Part shown: positions 48,625 through 59,210 of the stretch, one piece after another
How the letters are laid out: every line of letters starts with the position of its first letter
How positions within the stretch are numbered: position 1 is the first letter of the stretch
NCBI GenBank assembly: GCA_943353165.1
Contig: CALRAM010000001.1
Location: 45,483 to 109,482, forward strand
Length of the DNA: 64,000 nucleotides
Direction: 5' to 3'
Source: an uncultured Candidatus Saccharimonas sp.
Lineage (GTDB): Bacteria; Patescibacteriota; Saccharimonadia; Saccharimonadales; OMJO01
Position numbers and translations under genes: made by a program
Notes under the pieces: generated by a model
What the model was told of the DNA's origin: nothing
The model's input: only the letters and a program-made list of their open reading frames with translations
Database searches by the model: none

Positions 48625-49460
48625 TGGCTATTAGAGCATTAAACCCTACCACACCTGGTCAGCGTGGAATGACTACTCAGGACTTTGATGGCATAACAGC
48701 AAAGCGACCACTAAAATCTTTGATAGTAATCAAAAAGAAAAATAGCGGTCGCAACAACCAAGGTCGTATTACTACTAGGCATCGTGGCGGTGGCGTACGT
48801 AAGTTTTATCGTATAATAAATTTTAATCTAATGTCAGGTTTGACTGCAACGGTGGAAGCCATAGAGTACGACCCAAACCGCAGCGCCAGAATCGCTCGTA
48901 TTTTGGACAATACTGGTAAGTATCACTATATCTTAGCAGCTAACGGTATGGGCGTCGGTACAGTTGTCAGTTCCGGCGACGAAGTCAGTATAGAAACTGG
49001 CAATCGTTTGGCCCTAAAAGATATTCCAGTTGGTAGTGTAATCCACGCCATAGAATTACAGCCTGGCCGTGGCGCTCAAATGGTACGCTCTGCAGGAGCT
49101 AGCGCTCAATTAATGGCAAAGGAAAATGAATACGCCCAAGTCCGATTACCTAGCGGCGAAGTTCGACTAGTTCATGTTCAGTGCACTGCTAGCATTGGTG
49201 TTATCGGAAACGAGCAGCACCAAAATATAAAGATCGGCAAAGCTGGTCGCAATCGCCACCGCGGTATTCGACCCGGAGTACGAGGTGTTGTCATGAACGC
49301 TACTGATCACCCACATGGTGGTGGTGATGGTGGTCGACATGGTATGGGTAAAGACCCACGAACACCTTGGGGCCAGAAGACTCTAGGATTCAAGACTCGT
49401 CGTCGCAAAATAAGTAATAAGTTTATCGTAAAGGGCCGACATGCGGCAAAAAGGAAATAA
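48624..49460 (+). CDS. rplB: 50S ribosomal protein L2
   Basis: GRNNQGRITTRHRGGG...MNATDHPHGGGDGG. Confidence 0.97.
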   Translation: MAIRALNPTTPGQRGMTTQDFDGITAKRPLKSLIVIKKKNSGRNNQGRITTRHRGGGVRKFYRIINFNLMSGLTATVEAIEYDPNRSARIARILDNTGKYHYILAANGMGVGTVVSSGDEVSIETGNRLALKDIPVGSVIHAIELQPGRGAQMVRSAGASAQLMAKENEYAQVRLPSGEVRLVHVQCTASIGVIGNEQHQNIKIGKAGRNRHRGIRPGVRGVVMNATDHPHGGGDGGRHGMGKDPRTPWGQKTLGFKTRRRKISNKFIVKGRHAAKRK

Positions 49461-49463
49461 AGT

Positions 49464-49739
49464 ATGAGTAGATCGCTTAAAAAAGGACCTTTTATAGACC
49501 CCAAATTAGCCAAAAAAATAGCGGCTCTAGGGTCTGACGATCGCACCATCATAAAAACTTGGGCTCGTAGCTGTACTATTACTCCTGATTTTGTAGGACG
49601 CACAATTGCCGTTCATAATGGCAAGGTTCATGTTCCAGTATTTGTTTCCGAAAATATGGTTGGCCACAAGCTTGGCGAGTTTTCTCCTACACGCAAATTC
49701 CGTAGCCATGGTGGCAAATTAGCGAAAGGCGGCAAATAA
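49464..49739 (+). CDS. rpsS: 30S ribosomal protein S19
   Basis: [15 protein letters not shown]...[24 protein letters not shown]. Confidence 0.95.
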   Translation: MSRSLKKGPFIDPKLAKKIAALGSDDRTIIKTWARSCTITPDFVGRTIAVHNGKVHVPVFVSENMVGHKLGEFSPTRKFRSHGGKLAKGGK

Positions 49740-50134
49740 TGCCTGTTCAGTCAATATCTAAAGGCGTACGTATGAGCTCTCGGAAAGTCGGCGTTGTTGC
49801 TTCTCTGGTTCGCGGCCATAGCGTTGCTGATGCTCTAGTTATTTTGTCGCATACACCTAGACGGTCTGCCGAACCTGTCAAAAAAGCTATTGAAAGTGCC
49901 CGCGCAAATGCAGAGCACAATCATAACTACAAGCCTGACACTTTGCAGATTACCCTCATCAGCGTCACCAATGGACCCAGCCTGAAAAGGTCTCGTCCAG
50001 CTTCTCATGGGCGGGCATTACCTTTCCAGAGACGTAGTTCACATATACGCGTTATTGTCGACGGAGAACAGAGAGTCGCCAAAAAACCAGCCCCAAAAAC
50101 TGAAACTAATTCTGTGTCAAAGGAGACAAAATAA
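49739..50134 (+). CDS. rplV: 50S ribosomal protein L22
   Basis: SSRKVGVVASLVRGHSVADALVIL... Confidence 0.95.
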   Translation: MPVQSISKGVRMSSRKVGVVASLVRGHSVADALVILSHTPRRSAEPVKKAIESARANAEHNHNYKPDTLQITLISVTNGPSLKRSRPASHGRALPFQRRSSHIRVIVDGEQRVAKKPAPKTETNSVSKETK

Positions 50135-50766
50135 TGGGACAAAAAGTTAACCCAATTAGCATGCGTCTTCAGCTGAACAAGCAATGGAGTAGTAAATGGT
50201 TCGCTAACAAGAGAGACTACACCAAATTTTTAACCCAAGATTTGGCAGTCAGACGACTCATAGACGTAAAGCTAGGATCCAGAGCAGCTATTAATCGCGT
50301 TGAAATAGAAAGAGCCCCAAACTTGGTCTCAGTAACTATTAGCACAGCAAAAGCTGGTGTTGTTATTGGACGAGGAGGCACTGGTGTTCAGGAACTAAAG
50401 ACAGCTATAGAAAAAATATACGGTACACAGACTCGACTAAACATTGAAGAAATCAAAAAACCAGAACTATATGCCAAACTTGTAGCGGAAAATATAGCAC
50501 ACCAAATAGAGCGGCGTATTGCTTTTCGTAGAGCCGTCAAACACTCAGCAGCTGCCACGATGAGATTGGGAGCAAAAGGCATCAGAATCGAGCTTTCTGG
50601 GCGACTTGGTGGAGCAGATATGTCACGCATAGAAAAAGAAGTTCAAGGCAGTGTCCCACTACATACCATCAGAGCTGATATTGATTTCCACAAAACTACT
50701 GCACAGTATCCTGGCAGCGGTTTGATTGGTGTAAAAGTATGGATATATAAGGGAGAGACGGTCTAA
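50134..50766 (+). CDS. rpsC: 30S ribosomal protein S3
   Basis: [18 protein letters not shown]... and a KH domain. Confidence 0.95.
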   Translation: MGQKVNPISMRLQLNKQWSSKWFANKRDYTKFLTQDLAVRRLIDVKLGSRAAINRVEIERAPNLVSVTISTAKAGVVIGRGGTGVQELKTAIEKIYGTQTRLNIEEIKKPELYAKLVAENIAHQIERRIAFRRAVKHSAAATMRLGAKGIRIELSGRLGGADMSRIEKEVQGSVPLHTIRADIDFHKTTAQYPGSGLIGVKVWIYKGETV

Positions 50767-50767
50767 A

Positions 50768-51181
50768 ATGTTAATGCCAAAGCGCTCAAAGTACCGAAAG
50801 GTACGTAAAGGAAAGATTCGTGGAGTTGCCAGCTCTGGTAATTTTATTGCTTTCGGTCAATACGCCCTACAGTCGTTGGAAGGTGAACGTATTACTGGTC
50901 GCCAAATCGAATCAGCCCGTCAGGCAATGACACGCTATATAAAGCGTGGCGGAAAAATCTGGATTCGTATATTTCCACACATTCCTGTAACCCGAAAACC
51001 TCAAGATGTCAAAATGGGTAGCGGCAAAGGTAACCCCGAGTTCTTCGTGGCAAAGGTAAAACCTGGCACTATCTTGTTTGAAATGCAAGGCGTTACAGAA
51101 GAAATTGCCCGCGAGGCAATGCGGCTTGCTAGTCACAAACTACCAGTAAAAACCAAGTTTTTGGTAAAGGACGAGGTATAG
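50768..51181 (+). CDS. rplP: 50S ribosomal protein L16
   Basis: [19 protein letters not shown]... Confidence 0.95.
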   Translation: MLMPKRSKYRKVRKGKIRGVASSGNFIAFGQYALQSLEGERITGRQIESARQAMTRYIKRGGKIWIRIFPHIPVTRKPQDVKMGSGKGNPEFFVAKVKPGTILFEMQGVTEEIAREAMRLASHKLPVKTKFLVKDEV

Positions 51182-51183
51182 TC

Positions 51184-51384
51184 ATGAAAGTTGTAGAAAT
51201 ACGCAAGCTAACTACCAGAGATTTGGCCCAGGAAAGCACAAAGCTAAGAGATGAAATAGCAGATTTACGACGCAGATTGCATATGGGAGAAACCCAAAAT
51301 GTCCGATCATTACGAAGCAAACGAAAAGATTTAGCACGGATGCTAACTGTACTAAGCGAACAACTCACAAAGGAGAACATCTAA
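51184..51384 (+). CDS. rpmC: 50S ribosomal protein L29
   Basis: EIRKLTTRDLAQESTKLRDEIADLRRRL. Confidence 0.9.
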   Translation: MKVVEIRKLTTRDLAQESTKLRDEIADLRRRLHMGETQNVRSLRSKRKDLARMLTVLSEQLTKENI

Positions 51385-51713
51385 TGGCTAAAACTATTAC
51401 CGGTATTGTTTCATCAGACAAAGCCAACAAAACTATCGTAGTTACTGTTCAGGCTCACAAAACACATCCCATTTACAAAAAGAAATATACTTTTTCTAGA
51501 AAATTTATGGCGCATGACGAGAACAATGATGCCAAAGAAGGCGACAAAGTTGTTATATCAGAATGCAAACCTATTAGCGCTCGTAAACGATACACATTAG
51601 ACTCTGTTATCGAAAAGGCTACCATAAAGCATGTTGAACCAGAAATCGTACCAGACACAACAACCAAGACAGAATCTGTACCAAAAGATTCATCTACAGA
51701 AGGAAAAAAATAA
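51384..51713 (+). CDS. rpsQ: 30S ribosomal protein S17 with C-terminal extension
   Basis: [31 protein letters not shown]. Confidence 0.9.
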   Translation: MAKTITGIVSSDKANKTIVVTVQAHKTHPIYKKKYTFSRKFMAHDENNDAKEGDKVVISECKPISARKRYTLDSVIEKATIKHVEPEIVPDTTTKTESVPKDSSTEGKK

Positions 51714-52081
51714 TGATACAACAAGAAACCAGACTAGGCGTTTGCGATAACAGCGGTGCAAAAGAAATTCTATGCATTCGTGTATTAGGTGGTACCCGAC
51801 GTCGATACGCCAGAGTAGGTGATACCATAACTGCTACCGTCAAACAAGCCAGTCCTACTGGTGGCGTAAAGAGAAAATCAGTAGTACGTGCCGTTATAGT
51901 TCGAACCAAAGATACTATTCGCCGAAAAGATGGTTCAACTATCAAGTTTGACGATAATGCAGCAGTTATAATTGGCGATGATAAATTACCAAAGGCTACC
52001 AGAATTTTTGGACCTGTTCCGCGTGAACTTCGCGAACAAGGTTATGCAAAGATTATCAGCCTTGCACCGGAGGTTCTATAA
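51713..52081 (+). CDS. rplN: 50S ribosomal protein L14
   Basis: [27 protein letters not shown]. Confidence 0.95.
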   Translation: MIQQETRLGVCDNSGAKEILCIRVLGGTRRRYARVGDTITATVKQASPTGGVKRKSVVRAVIVRTKDTIRRKDGSTIKFDDNAAVIIGDDKLPKATRIFGPVPRELREQGYAKIISLAPEVL

Positions 52082-52413
52082 TGGAAAAACAAGTTTACAA
52101 GATTCGTATCAAAAAAGACGATACCGTAGTCGTGCGTGCTGGAAAGTACAAAGGCAAAACGGGCAAAGTTATTGCTGTTCACCCTACCCTAAACAAAGTT
52201 ACTGTTGAAGGCATAAATATTGTCAAAAAACACACGAAACCTAACAAAAAATACCCCCAAGGAGCCATAGTAGAATTGACCAAACCTATCTGGGTATCAA
52301 AAGTTGGCATTTACGATTCAGCCAACAAAAAACCCTCACGTATTAGCTATATGATCAACAAAGATGGATCAAAATCACGCGTGCTAAAAACCACCGGCAA
52401 GGAAATAAAATAA
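52081..52413 (+). CDS. rplX: 50S ribosomal protein L24
   Basis: KIRIKKDDTVVVRAGKYKGKTGKVIAV (KOW motif). Confidence 0.9.
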   Translation: MEKQVYKIRIKKDDTVVVRAGKYKGKTGKVIAVHPTLNKVTVEGINIVKKHTKPNKKYPQGAIVELTKPIWVSKVGIYDSANKKPSRISYMINKDGSKSRVLKTTGKEIK

Positions 52414-53030
52414 TGGCTACAAAGACTATGACTACACCAAATTTAAACGCTAGATTAAAAGTTTTGTATGTTAAGCAGTACGCCCCTGAACTCCAAAAAG
52501 AATTGGGTTTAACTAATGCGCACCAGGTTCCTCGACTAGAAAAAATAGTCATAAACATTGGGCTAGGGCGCGCAAAAGACGACAAAAAAGTATTAGAAGT
52601 TGCCGCTAACACACTGAGAAAAATTACAGGCCAGCAACCAATTGACACATTTGCTAAAAAATCTATAGCAGGTTTCAAGCTTAGAGAAGGTAACAAAATT
52701 GGCCTAAAGGTTACTCTCCGTGGCAATAAAATGTACGAATTTATGGATCGTTTCATCAACGTTGTTGTTCCTAGACTTCGTGATTTTCATGGAGTTAGTA
52801 ACAAATCTTTTGATAAAATGGGAAATTTTAGCATCGGCATAAACGACCAAAGTGTATTTCCAGAACTTACGTTCGAAGAAACAACAACTGTGCACGGGAT
52901 GCAAGCTATTTTTGTTATCAATTGTTCGCAAATGGAACACGGCAAATCTTTGCTCCAGAAATTTGGCATGCCCTTCGAGAAAATTCCTGAAATCAAAGAT
53001 CAAGTTACAGTCACAAAGGAGACTAAATAA
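52413..53030 (+). CDS. rplE: 50S ribosomal protein L5
   Basis: [12 protein letters not shown]...[18 protein letters not shown]. Confidence 0.95.
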   Translation: MATKTMTTPNLNARLKVLYVKQYAPELQKELGLTNAHQVPRLEKIVINIGLGRAKDDKKVLEVAANTLRKITGQQPIDTFAKKSIAGFKLREGNKIGLKVTLRGNKMYEFMDRFINVVVPRLRDFHGVSNKSFDKMGNFSIGINDQSVFPELTFEETTTVHGMQAIFVINCSQMEHGKSLLQKFGMPFEKIPEIKDQVTVTKETK

Positions 53031-53299
53031 TGGCCAAAAAATCCAGTATCGCTAGAGACCTAAAAAGGAAAAGAATGATCCTAAAATATGCAGCTAAACG
53101 CAAAGAGCTCAAATCTGTTGGGGATTTGGAAGGTTTGCATAGATTACCCAGAAACTCTTCTCCGACTAGATTAAAGAACAGGTGCACCGAAACAGGCCGC
53201 CCACGTGGTTATATGCGTCAGTTTGGCCTAAGTCGTATTTCGTTTAGAGAACACGCAAGCAAGGGCGAAATACCTGGCATAACAAAGTCCAGCTGGTAA
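53030..53299 (+). CDS. rpsN: 30S ribosomal protein S14 (long, non-zinc type)
   Basis: 89 aa with [24 protein letters not shown] and a single Cys. Confidence 0.9.
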   Translation: MAKKSSIARDLKRKRMILKYAAKRKELKSVGDLEGLHRLPRNSSPTRLKNRCTETGRPRGYMRQFGLSRISFREHASKGEIPGITKSSW

Positions 53300-53316
53300 A
53301 GAAAGGAATTATTTAT

Positions 53317-53718
53317 ATGTCTACACTATCAACAGACCCAATAGCAGATATGCTAACTAGAATTCGTAACGCAATAGCAGTGCGAAAGTATGAAGTAGTA
53401 TTGCCGCATTCAAATGTAAAAGAATCTGTCGCAAAACTTCTAAAAGAGACCCGTTTTATTGACGACGTTAAAGTTGGAAAAGCAACCATCGGAAAAGAAT
53501 TAACAATAGTCATAAATAGAGAAAACACCAACGCCAGGATTACTGAAATCGTTCGTATTAGCAAGCCAGGACGACGTAGTTACGTCAGCTCAGATACCAT
53601 TCCTACCATAAAGCGTGGCAGAGGCATTGTTATTGTCTCTACTAGCAAAGGCATGATGACTGGGTCGCAGGCGAAAAAGAGCGGTATCGGTGGTGAATTA
53701 ATTTGTAAGGTATATTAA
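53317..53718 (+). CDS. rpsH: 30S ribosomal protein S8
   Basis: DPIADMLTRIRNA. Confidence 0.95.
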   Translation: MSTLSTDPIADMLTRIRNAIAVRKYEVVLPHSNVKESVAKLLKETRFIDDVKVGKATIGKELTIVINRENTNARITEIVRISKPGRRSYVSSDTIPTIKRGRGIVIVSTSKGMMTGSQAKKSGIGGELICKVY

Positions 53719-53727
53719 GGAGAAATT

Positions 53728-54267
53728 ATGAGTCGTATAGGAAAACTGCCGATTGCTATCCCCAGCGGCGTGACAATCACTGTCGATTCTGACAACATTA
53801 CTGTTGTAGGATCCAAAGGAACACTTAGCCAGTTTACTATGGAAGGTATTAACTTGTCCGTAGATAACGAGCAGGCAACTGTAACCAGAGTAAATGACGA
53901 ACCAAAAATTCGTGGGAAACACGGTCTAATGAGATCATTAGTTAACAATATGGTCATCGGTGTCAGCCAAGGCTTCACCAAACAACTAGAAGTAAACGGA
54001 GTTGGATATCGCGTTGCTGTAGTTGGTAACAGTCTAAAAATGAGCTTGGGCTTTTCCCATGAAGTAAATTTTGCACTACCTGAAGGTATAACAGCCAAAG
54101 TTGAACAGAATGTCATAACCATTTCTGGCATCAATAAGCAACAGGTAGGCCAAGTGGCTGCAGAAATACGTGCACTGAAAAAACCAGAACCCTACAAAGG
54201 CAAAGGTATCAAATACGTAGGTGAACGAATCATACGCAAAAGCGGTAAATCAGGTAAGGACAAATAA
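53728..54267 (+). CDS. rplF: 50S ribosomal protein L6
   Basis: MSRIGKLPIAIPSGVTI... and a duplicated alpha/beta domain. Confidence 0.95.
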   Translation: MSRIGKLPIAIPSGVTITVDSDNITVVGSKGTLSQFTMEGINLSVDNEQATVTRVNDEPKIRGKHGLMRSLVNNMVIGVSQGFTKQLEVNGVGYRVAVVGNSLKMSLGFSHEVNFALPEGITAKVEQNVITISGINKQQVGQVAAEIRALKKPEPYKGKGIKYVGERIIRKSGKSGKDK

Positions 54268-54269
54268 TT

Positions 54270-54626
54270 ATGAATAGACTATTTTTAAAAACTCAGAATT
54301 TGGCTCGCAGAAAAAACCGCGTTCGCTCAAAAGTTATAGGCACAACATTGCGTCCTAGACTGAGTGTCCGTATCAGCAATCTACATGTTGTAGCACAGAT
54401 AATTGATGATTCCGTAGGTAAAACTTTAGTCCACATTACTACAGTCGGTAACAAAACCATCAAAGGCAATATGACAGAAAAAGCTGCATGGGTCGGTACA
54501 GAAATTGGCAAAAAAGCAAAAGCCAAGAAATTAACAAAAGTTGTATTTGACCGTAATGGCAAACTATTTCACGGACGTGTAAAAGCTTTAGCCGACGCAG
54601 CGCGTCAGGAAGGATTGGAGTTCTAA
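54270..54626 (+). CDS. rplR: 50S ribosomal protein L18
   Basis: RPRLSVRISNLHVVAQIIDD...FDRNGKLFHGRVKALADAARQEGLEF. Confidence 0.9.
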   Translation: MNRLFLKTQNLARRKNRVRSKVIGTTLRPRLSVRISNLHVVAQIIDDSVGKTLVHITTVGNKTIKGNMTEKAAWVGTEIGKKAKAKKLTKVVFDRNGKLFHGRVKALADAARQEGLEF

Positions 54627-54627
54627 T

Positions 54628-55179
54628 ATGGCAATGGATAACAGACAATCACGCCCACCACGTGAACAAGAAGTAAAAGAATTTGATGAGCGCGTAGTTC
54701 ATATTGACCGAGTTGCCAGAGTAGTAAAAGGCGGACGAAGATTTCGTTTTCGTGCTCTAGTTGTCGTTGGTGACCACAAAGGCAAAGTTGGTATAGGTAT
54801 AGCTAAAGGTGCTGACGTAACAGCAGCCATAAACAAAGCTGTTGATGTAGCAAAAAAGAACTTTGTAAAAGTTAGTATTTATAAAGGTACTATTCCGCAC
54901 GAAGCAGAAGTTAAAATCAGTGGAGCCAGAATATTACTAAAACCTGCTAGTCCAGGAACAGGACTGATTGCAGGCGGTACAGTTCGCATTGTTCTGGAAG
55001 TTGCTGGCATCAGCAATATACTTTCTAAATCTCTGGGATCTAGCAACAAGATAAATGTAGCATATGCTACTGTGGCTGCACTTCAGACCATTGAACCTTC
55101 TAGCAAATGGGTAACACGACAGTCAGAAAATAACGAAAAGAAAAAAGAATCTATAAAGATCAAGGCAGAGGCGAAATAA
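54628..55179 (+). CDS. rpsE: 30S ribosomal protein S5 with Lys/Glu-rich C-terminal extension
   Basis: RVARVVKGGRRFRFRALVVVGD...; directly followed by rplO with no rpmD. Confidence 0.95.
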   Translation: MAMDNRQSRPPREQEVKEFDERVVHIDRVARVVKGGRRFRFRALVVVGDHKGKVGIGIAKGADVTAAINKAVDVAKKNFVKVSIYKGTIPHEAEVKISGARILLKPASPGTGLIAGGTVRIVLEVAGISNILSKSLGSSNKINVAYATVAALQTIEPSSKWVTRQSENNEKKKESIKIKAEAK

Positions 55180-55180
55180 T

Positions 55181-55636
55181 ATGAAATTTAACGAACTCAA
55201 AGTAACACCGACTCGTCGAACACATCGTGTTGGTCGTGGTATTGCAGCAGGACAAGGCAAAACAGCTGGACGTGGAACAAAAGGCCAAAAATCTCGTACC
55301 GGCTCATCAGCTCGTCCTGGATTTGAAGGTGGACAAAATCCGCTCATGCAGAGATTGCCAAAGCTACCCGGTTTCAAATCCATACGTCCAAAAGCAGAAG
55401 TAGTCTACACGGGCAACCTAGACAAAATTGCGCCAACAATTACCAACGCAACTCTGTTCGCCGCCGGACTAGTAACTTCACCATACACCAGAGCAAAACT
55501 TGTAGTTAAAGGCGAAGTGTCCAAAAAAGTAAATATTCAATTGCAAGCAGCCAGCGTATCAGCAACCGAAATGGTAAAAAAAGCTGGTGGATCCGTAGAA
55601 ATAGTTCCTCAAATCAAGCGAACACCAAAAGCATAA
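55181..55636 (+). CDS. rplO: 50S ribosomal protein L15
   Basis: RVGRGIAAGQGKTAGRGTKGQKSR. Confidence 0.9.
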   Translation: MKFNELKVTPTRRTHRVGRGIAAGQGKTAGRGTKGQKSRTGSSARPGFEGGQNPLMQRLPKLPGFKSIRPKAEVVYTGNLDKIAPTITNATLFAAGLVTSPYTRAKLVVKGEVSKKVNIQLQAASVSATEMVKKAGGSVEIVPQIKRTPKA

Positions 55637-55721
55637 TCACCAAAGACCAAATTTAATAGTAATATTAACACCAAAAGCTACCTTACTAGCCACTATTCAA
55701 GTATAATTAAGTCTATACATT

Positions 55722-57221
55722 ATGAGTTGGAAAGTAATATGGCAAGCCCTAAAAAACAAAGACATGCGAAAGCGTATTTTGGCTGTATTGGGCATGCTTT
55801 TAATATTTCGTTTACTTGCCCATATACCTATACCTGTCGGCGATCCGGCTACCCTCAAACAGATTTTACAAAATCTTTTTGAGGCCACAAAGGGCACGCA
55901 ATTACTTAGTTTTATAGATGTTTTATCTGGTGGAGCATTAGCAAATTTTTCTATTATGCTGGTTGGACTTGGGCCATATATAAATGCATCTATTATCATG
56001 CAGCTCATGACCAAAGCCATCCCAAAGCTTGAGGTTTTGAGCAACGAAGGCGAATTTGGACGCAAAAAAATAAACCAGTACACTCGTATGCTAACTCTGC
56101 CACTTGCCATCATACAGTCCATAGGCGCTATCTATTTAGTCAGACAAACCGCATCTAGAGTTAGCGGTATTGGCGATATTACAGCCAACGCTAGTTTGAT
56201 GCAGTGGGTTCTAATGGTTGCAGCCCTGACGGGTGGATCCATGCTATTGATGTGGTTGGGAGAATTGATAACAGAAGAAAGCGTAGGAAACGGAATCTCG
56301 CTGATTATAACTGTAGGCATTGTCAGTAGATTGCCACAAACTATTGCTCAAACTGCCATTTCTATTTCTTCTAACACCCAGAAAATGTCTTTATTTGGCA
56401 AAACTATGCCAATTAGCTTTCGTGCGCTGTGGTTAGGTACTCTTTTGATATTCATAACAGCATTGATTACGGTTTTGGTAGTAAAACTTAACGAAGCCTC
56501 CCGAAAGATAACCATACACTACGCTAAAAGAGTACAAGGCAACAGGACCTATGGCGGCGTCACGACTGTGTTACCAGTCAAACTAATAACGGCTGGCGTT
56601 GTGCCTATAATTTTTGCAGTTGCCTTTTTGAGTGTTCCTAGTTTTGCTGGGCAACTAATGAGCAGTTCACAGAGTCTGCGTTTACAGCATATTGGTACAA
56701 ATTTGGTTAGCTGGTTTCAAAACCCCAGCGCACAAACTTTTTCACAAGGCGGATTTACGCCCTACATTTACCCATTAATCTATTTTTTGCTAGTTTTTGT
56801 GTTTACGTTCTTTTATACCAGTATTACCTTCAATTCAAAGGAAATTGCAGAAAATCTTCAAAAGCAGGGTGGATTTATAGAAAATATTCGTTCAGGTTTG
56901 CAGACAGAAAAATACTTGTCAAAAGTGGTAAACAGATTGACTTTGTTCGGGGCTATTAGTTTGGGAGTACTAGCCCTACTGCCAATAATTGGACAGATAT
57001 TTCTAAAGTCAAATATAGCCATAGGAGGCACCAGTATCTTGATTTTGGTATCAGTTTCTCTAGAAACTCTTAGATCAATTGAATCTAGAGCCCTGATGGT
57101 TACCTATGACCAATATGCAGAGTCAGACTTTTTTTATGATAGCTCAGAACCCGCCCAAGCAGCTACTGGTGGTCGCCGTTTGCGCATAGTTTCACGGTTA
57201 CGTAAAACAAAGAAGAAATAG
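55722..57221 (+). CDS. secY: preprotein translocase subunit SecY
   Basis: 499 aa, 10 TM segments, SecY signatures (GLGPYINASIIMQL). Confidence 0.95.
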   Translation: MSWKVIWQALKNKDMRKRILAVLGMLLIFRLLAHIPIPVGDPATLKQILQNLFEATKGTQLLSFIDVLSGGALANFSIMLVGLGPYINASIIMQLMTKAIPKLEVLSNEGEFGRKKINQYTRMLTLPLAIIQSIGAIYLVRQTASRVSGIGDITANASLMQWVLMVAALTGGSMLLMWLGELITEESVGNGISLIITVGIVSRLPQTIAQTAISISSNTQKMSLFGKTMPISFRALWLGTLLIFITALITVLVVKLNEASRKITIHYAKRVQGNRTYGGVTTVLPVKLITAGVVPIIFAVAFLSVPSFAGQLMSSSQSLRLQHIGTNLVSWFQNPSAQTFSQGGFTPYIYPLIYFLLVFVFTFFYTSITFNSKEIAENLQKQGGFIENIRSGLQTEKYLSKVVNRLTLFGAISLGVLALLPIIGQIFLKSNIAIGGTSILILVSVSLETLRSIESRALMVTYDQYAESDFFYDSSEPAQAATGGRRLRIVSRLRKTKKK

Positions 57222-57280
57222 TACAGAAAACACTTTACAAAACAGATGTATAGGTGTTATACTGCATTGACGTTATATTT

Positions 57281-57499
57281 ATGACAAAGAACAAGGAAGT
57301 AATCGAACTAACTGGAACTATAGTCGAGGCATTGCCTGGAACACAGTTCAGAGTAGAGCTCGAAAACGGTCATAAAATTATAGCTCATGTCGCCGGAAAG
57401 ATGCGGAAACACTACATCCGCCTAGTTCCTGGAGACGGCGTTACGGTCGAGTTGACCCCTTACGATCTTACGAAGGGCAGAATCACCTATCGCCAGTAA
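57281..57499 (+). CDS. infA: translation initiation factor IF-1
   Basis: [57 protein letters not shown]. Start trimmed to MTKNKE. Confidence 0.9.
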   Translation: MTKNKEVIELTGTIVEALPGTQFRVELENGHKIIAHVAGKMRKHYIRLVPGDGVTVELTPYDLTKGRITYRQ

Positions 57500-57587
57500 T
57501 TAACATTAATGTAGCAGTGTGTCGTATTGTTCGGGGTAACCCTTACGACGATCCGCCTGAATACCGCCTGAAAGGACTTCAAACGGG

Positions 57588-57704
57588 ATGAAAGTGCGTG
57601 CAAGTGTAAAAAAGATTAGCCCAGACGACAAGATTGTTCGTCGTAAAGGCCGTATTTATGTTATCAACAAGCTAAAACCAAAGCACAAGCAGAGGCAAGG
57701 TTAA
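57588..57704 (+). CDS. rpmJ: 50S ribosomal protein L36
   Basis: Hand-translated 38-aa [41 protein letters not shown]. It is below the ORF-track length cutoff and sits between infA and rpsM as expected. Confidence 0.85.
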   Translation: MKVRASVKKISPDDKIVRRKGRIYVINKLKPKHKQRQG

Positions 57705-57705
57705 G

Positions 57706-58092
57706 ATGGCTCGTATTTCTGGTGTCACAATTCCTGACGGCAAGCAAGTTCATGTTGCCCTGACTTATGTTTATGGTATTGGTCCAAAATCTAGCGTGGA
57801 TATTATTACCGCCGCAAAGATTGATCCTACTATACGAGTTAAAAACCTTACAGATGACGAAATCTCTCGTATTCAGGACGCCATAAACAAAGATTTTGTA
57901 GTAGAAGGCGAACTCCAACGAACTGTTGCCGGCAACATAAAACGCCTAAAAGACATAAACAGCTATCGTGGTTCTAGACACAAAGCCAGTTTGCCAACAC
58001 GCGGTCAGCGTACACGTACAAACGCTCGTACAAAGCGCGGCAAAAAACTTACTGTTGGTGGCACTGCAAAGAAAGCAGCTAGCAAAACTTAA
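57706..58092 (+). CDS. rpsM: 30S ribosomal protein S13
   Basis: MARISGVTIPDGKQVHVALTYVYGIG. Confidence 0.95.
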   Translation: MARISGVTIPDGKQVHVALTYVYGIGPKSSVDIITAAKIDPTIRVKNLTDDEISRIQDAINKDFVVEGELQRTVAGNIKRLKDINSYRGSRHKASLPTRGQRTRTNARTKRGKKLTVGGTAKKAASKT

Positions 58093-58103
58093 TTAGGACT
58101 ATT

Positions 58104-58568
58104 ATGACTGATACAATAACCCCAACTACTACAGAAATCCCAACAGAAGAAAAAGTCACAACGACTCCTACGGCTGAAGTTAAAACTGCTGCTCCTAAAA
58201 AACGAAAAGTAAAACGATCAGTACCGTCGGCACAAGTTCACATCTTTGCTACCTTCAACAACACCATAGTTACCTTTTCAGACCTATCTGGAGGCGCATT
58301 GACAGCTTCTAGCGCCGGAGCCTGTGGTTTTCATGGATCAAAAAAAGGCACTGCCTACGCTGCACAGGTGGCTATGGAAAAAGCAGGACAGCTAGCAAAA
58401 CAACAGTATGGAGTTTCCAAAGTTGTTGTGTATGTCAAAGGCGTCGGGCTTGGCAGAGAATCAGCAATCCGCGGACTACAAGGTTTAGACATTAGTGTAG
58501 ATTCTATAAAAGACGTAACAGGCGTTCCACACGGTGGCGTCAGACCACCAAAGGCACGGAGGATTTAA
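58104..58568 (+). CDS. rpsK: 30S ribosomal protein S11 with Thr/Pro-rich N-terminal extension
   Basis: AQVHIFATFNNTIVTFSDLSGGALTASSAGACGFHGSKKGT. Confidence 0.9.
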   Translation: MTDTITPTTTEIPTEEKVTTTPTAEVKTAAPKKRKVKRSVPSAQVHIFATFNNTIVTFSDLSGGALTASSAGACGFHGSKKGTAYAAQVAMEKAGQLAKQQYGVSKVVVYVKGVGLGRESAIRGLQGLDISVDSIKDVTGVPHGGVRPPKARRI

Positions 58569-58572
58569 TAAT

Positions 58573-59190
58573 ATGGCACGCGATACACAATCAATTGTAA
58601 AAATGAGCCGAAGAGAAGGCTATGCATTGCACCCTAAAGCTCACAAAGCTATGGCTCGTCGTTCGACTATACCTGGCAATCATGGAGGTCGAAACCAACG
58701 CAACAAGGCCAGCCAATATTCCCTCCAACTACGCGAAAAGCAAAAGGTTAAGAGGTTATACGGACTTTTAGAGCGACAGTTTGCCAATCTGATGACAGAA
58801 GCTTCCCGCAAAAAAGGCCAATCTGGGGAACTATTGCTTCAATTCTTAGAACAGAGAGCCGACAACGCAGTATACAGAGCGGGTCTGGCCTCCAGTCGTC
58901 GAGCATCACGTCAGCTAGTTACTCATGGACATTTCAACCTAAACGGCCGTCGCGTCGACATACCTTCTATTCGGCTAGTTGCCGGCGATGTTCTGGTTCT
59001 TAGGGACCGTAGTAAAACAAATCAGTATTTCAAAAGCATTGACGATGTTAGCCCAGCTCCGGCAGAAGTGCCTAGTTGGATAAAAGTTAACCGCAAGAAA
59101 TTTGAAATAACTATCACCGGTTTACCAACTCGAACAGAGGCGGAACCAGATATTAACGAACAACTAATCGTGGAATATTATTCACGTTAA
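58573..59190 (+). CDS. rpsD: 30S ribosomal protein S4
   Basis: MARDTQSIVKMSRREG... and an S4 RNA-binding domain. Start at the internal ATG. Confidence 0.9.
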   Translation: MARDTQSIVKMSRREGYALHPKAHKAMARRSTIPGNHGGRNQRNKASQYSLQLREKQKVKRLYGLLERQFANLMTEASRKKGQSGELLLQFLEQRADNAVYRAGLASSRRASRQLVTHGHFNLNGRRVDIPSIRLVAGDVLVLRDRSKTNQYFKSIDDVSPAPAEVPSWIKVNRKKFEITITGLPTRTEAEPDINEQLIVEYYSR

Positions 59191-59210
59191 AAAGAGAGGT
59201 TACAATTATT

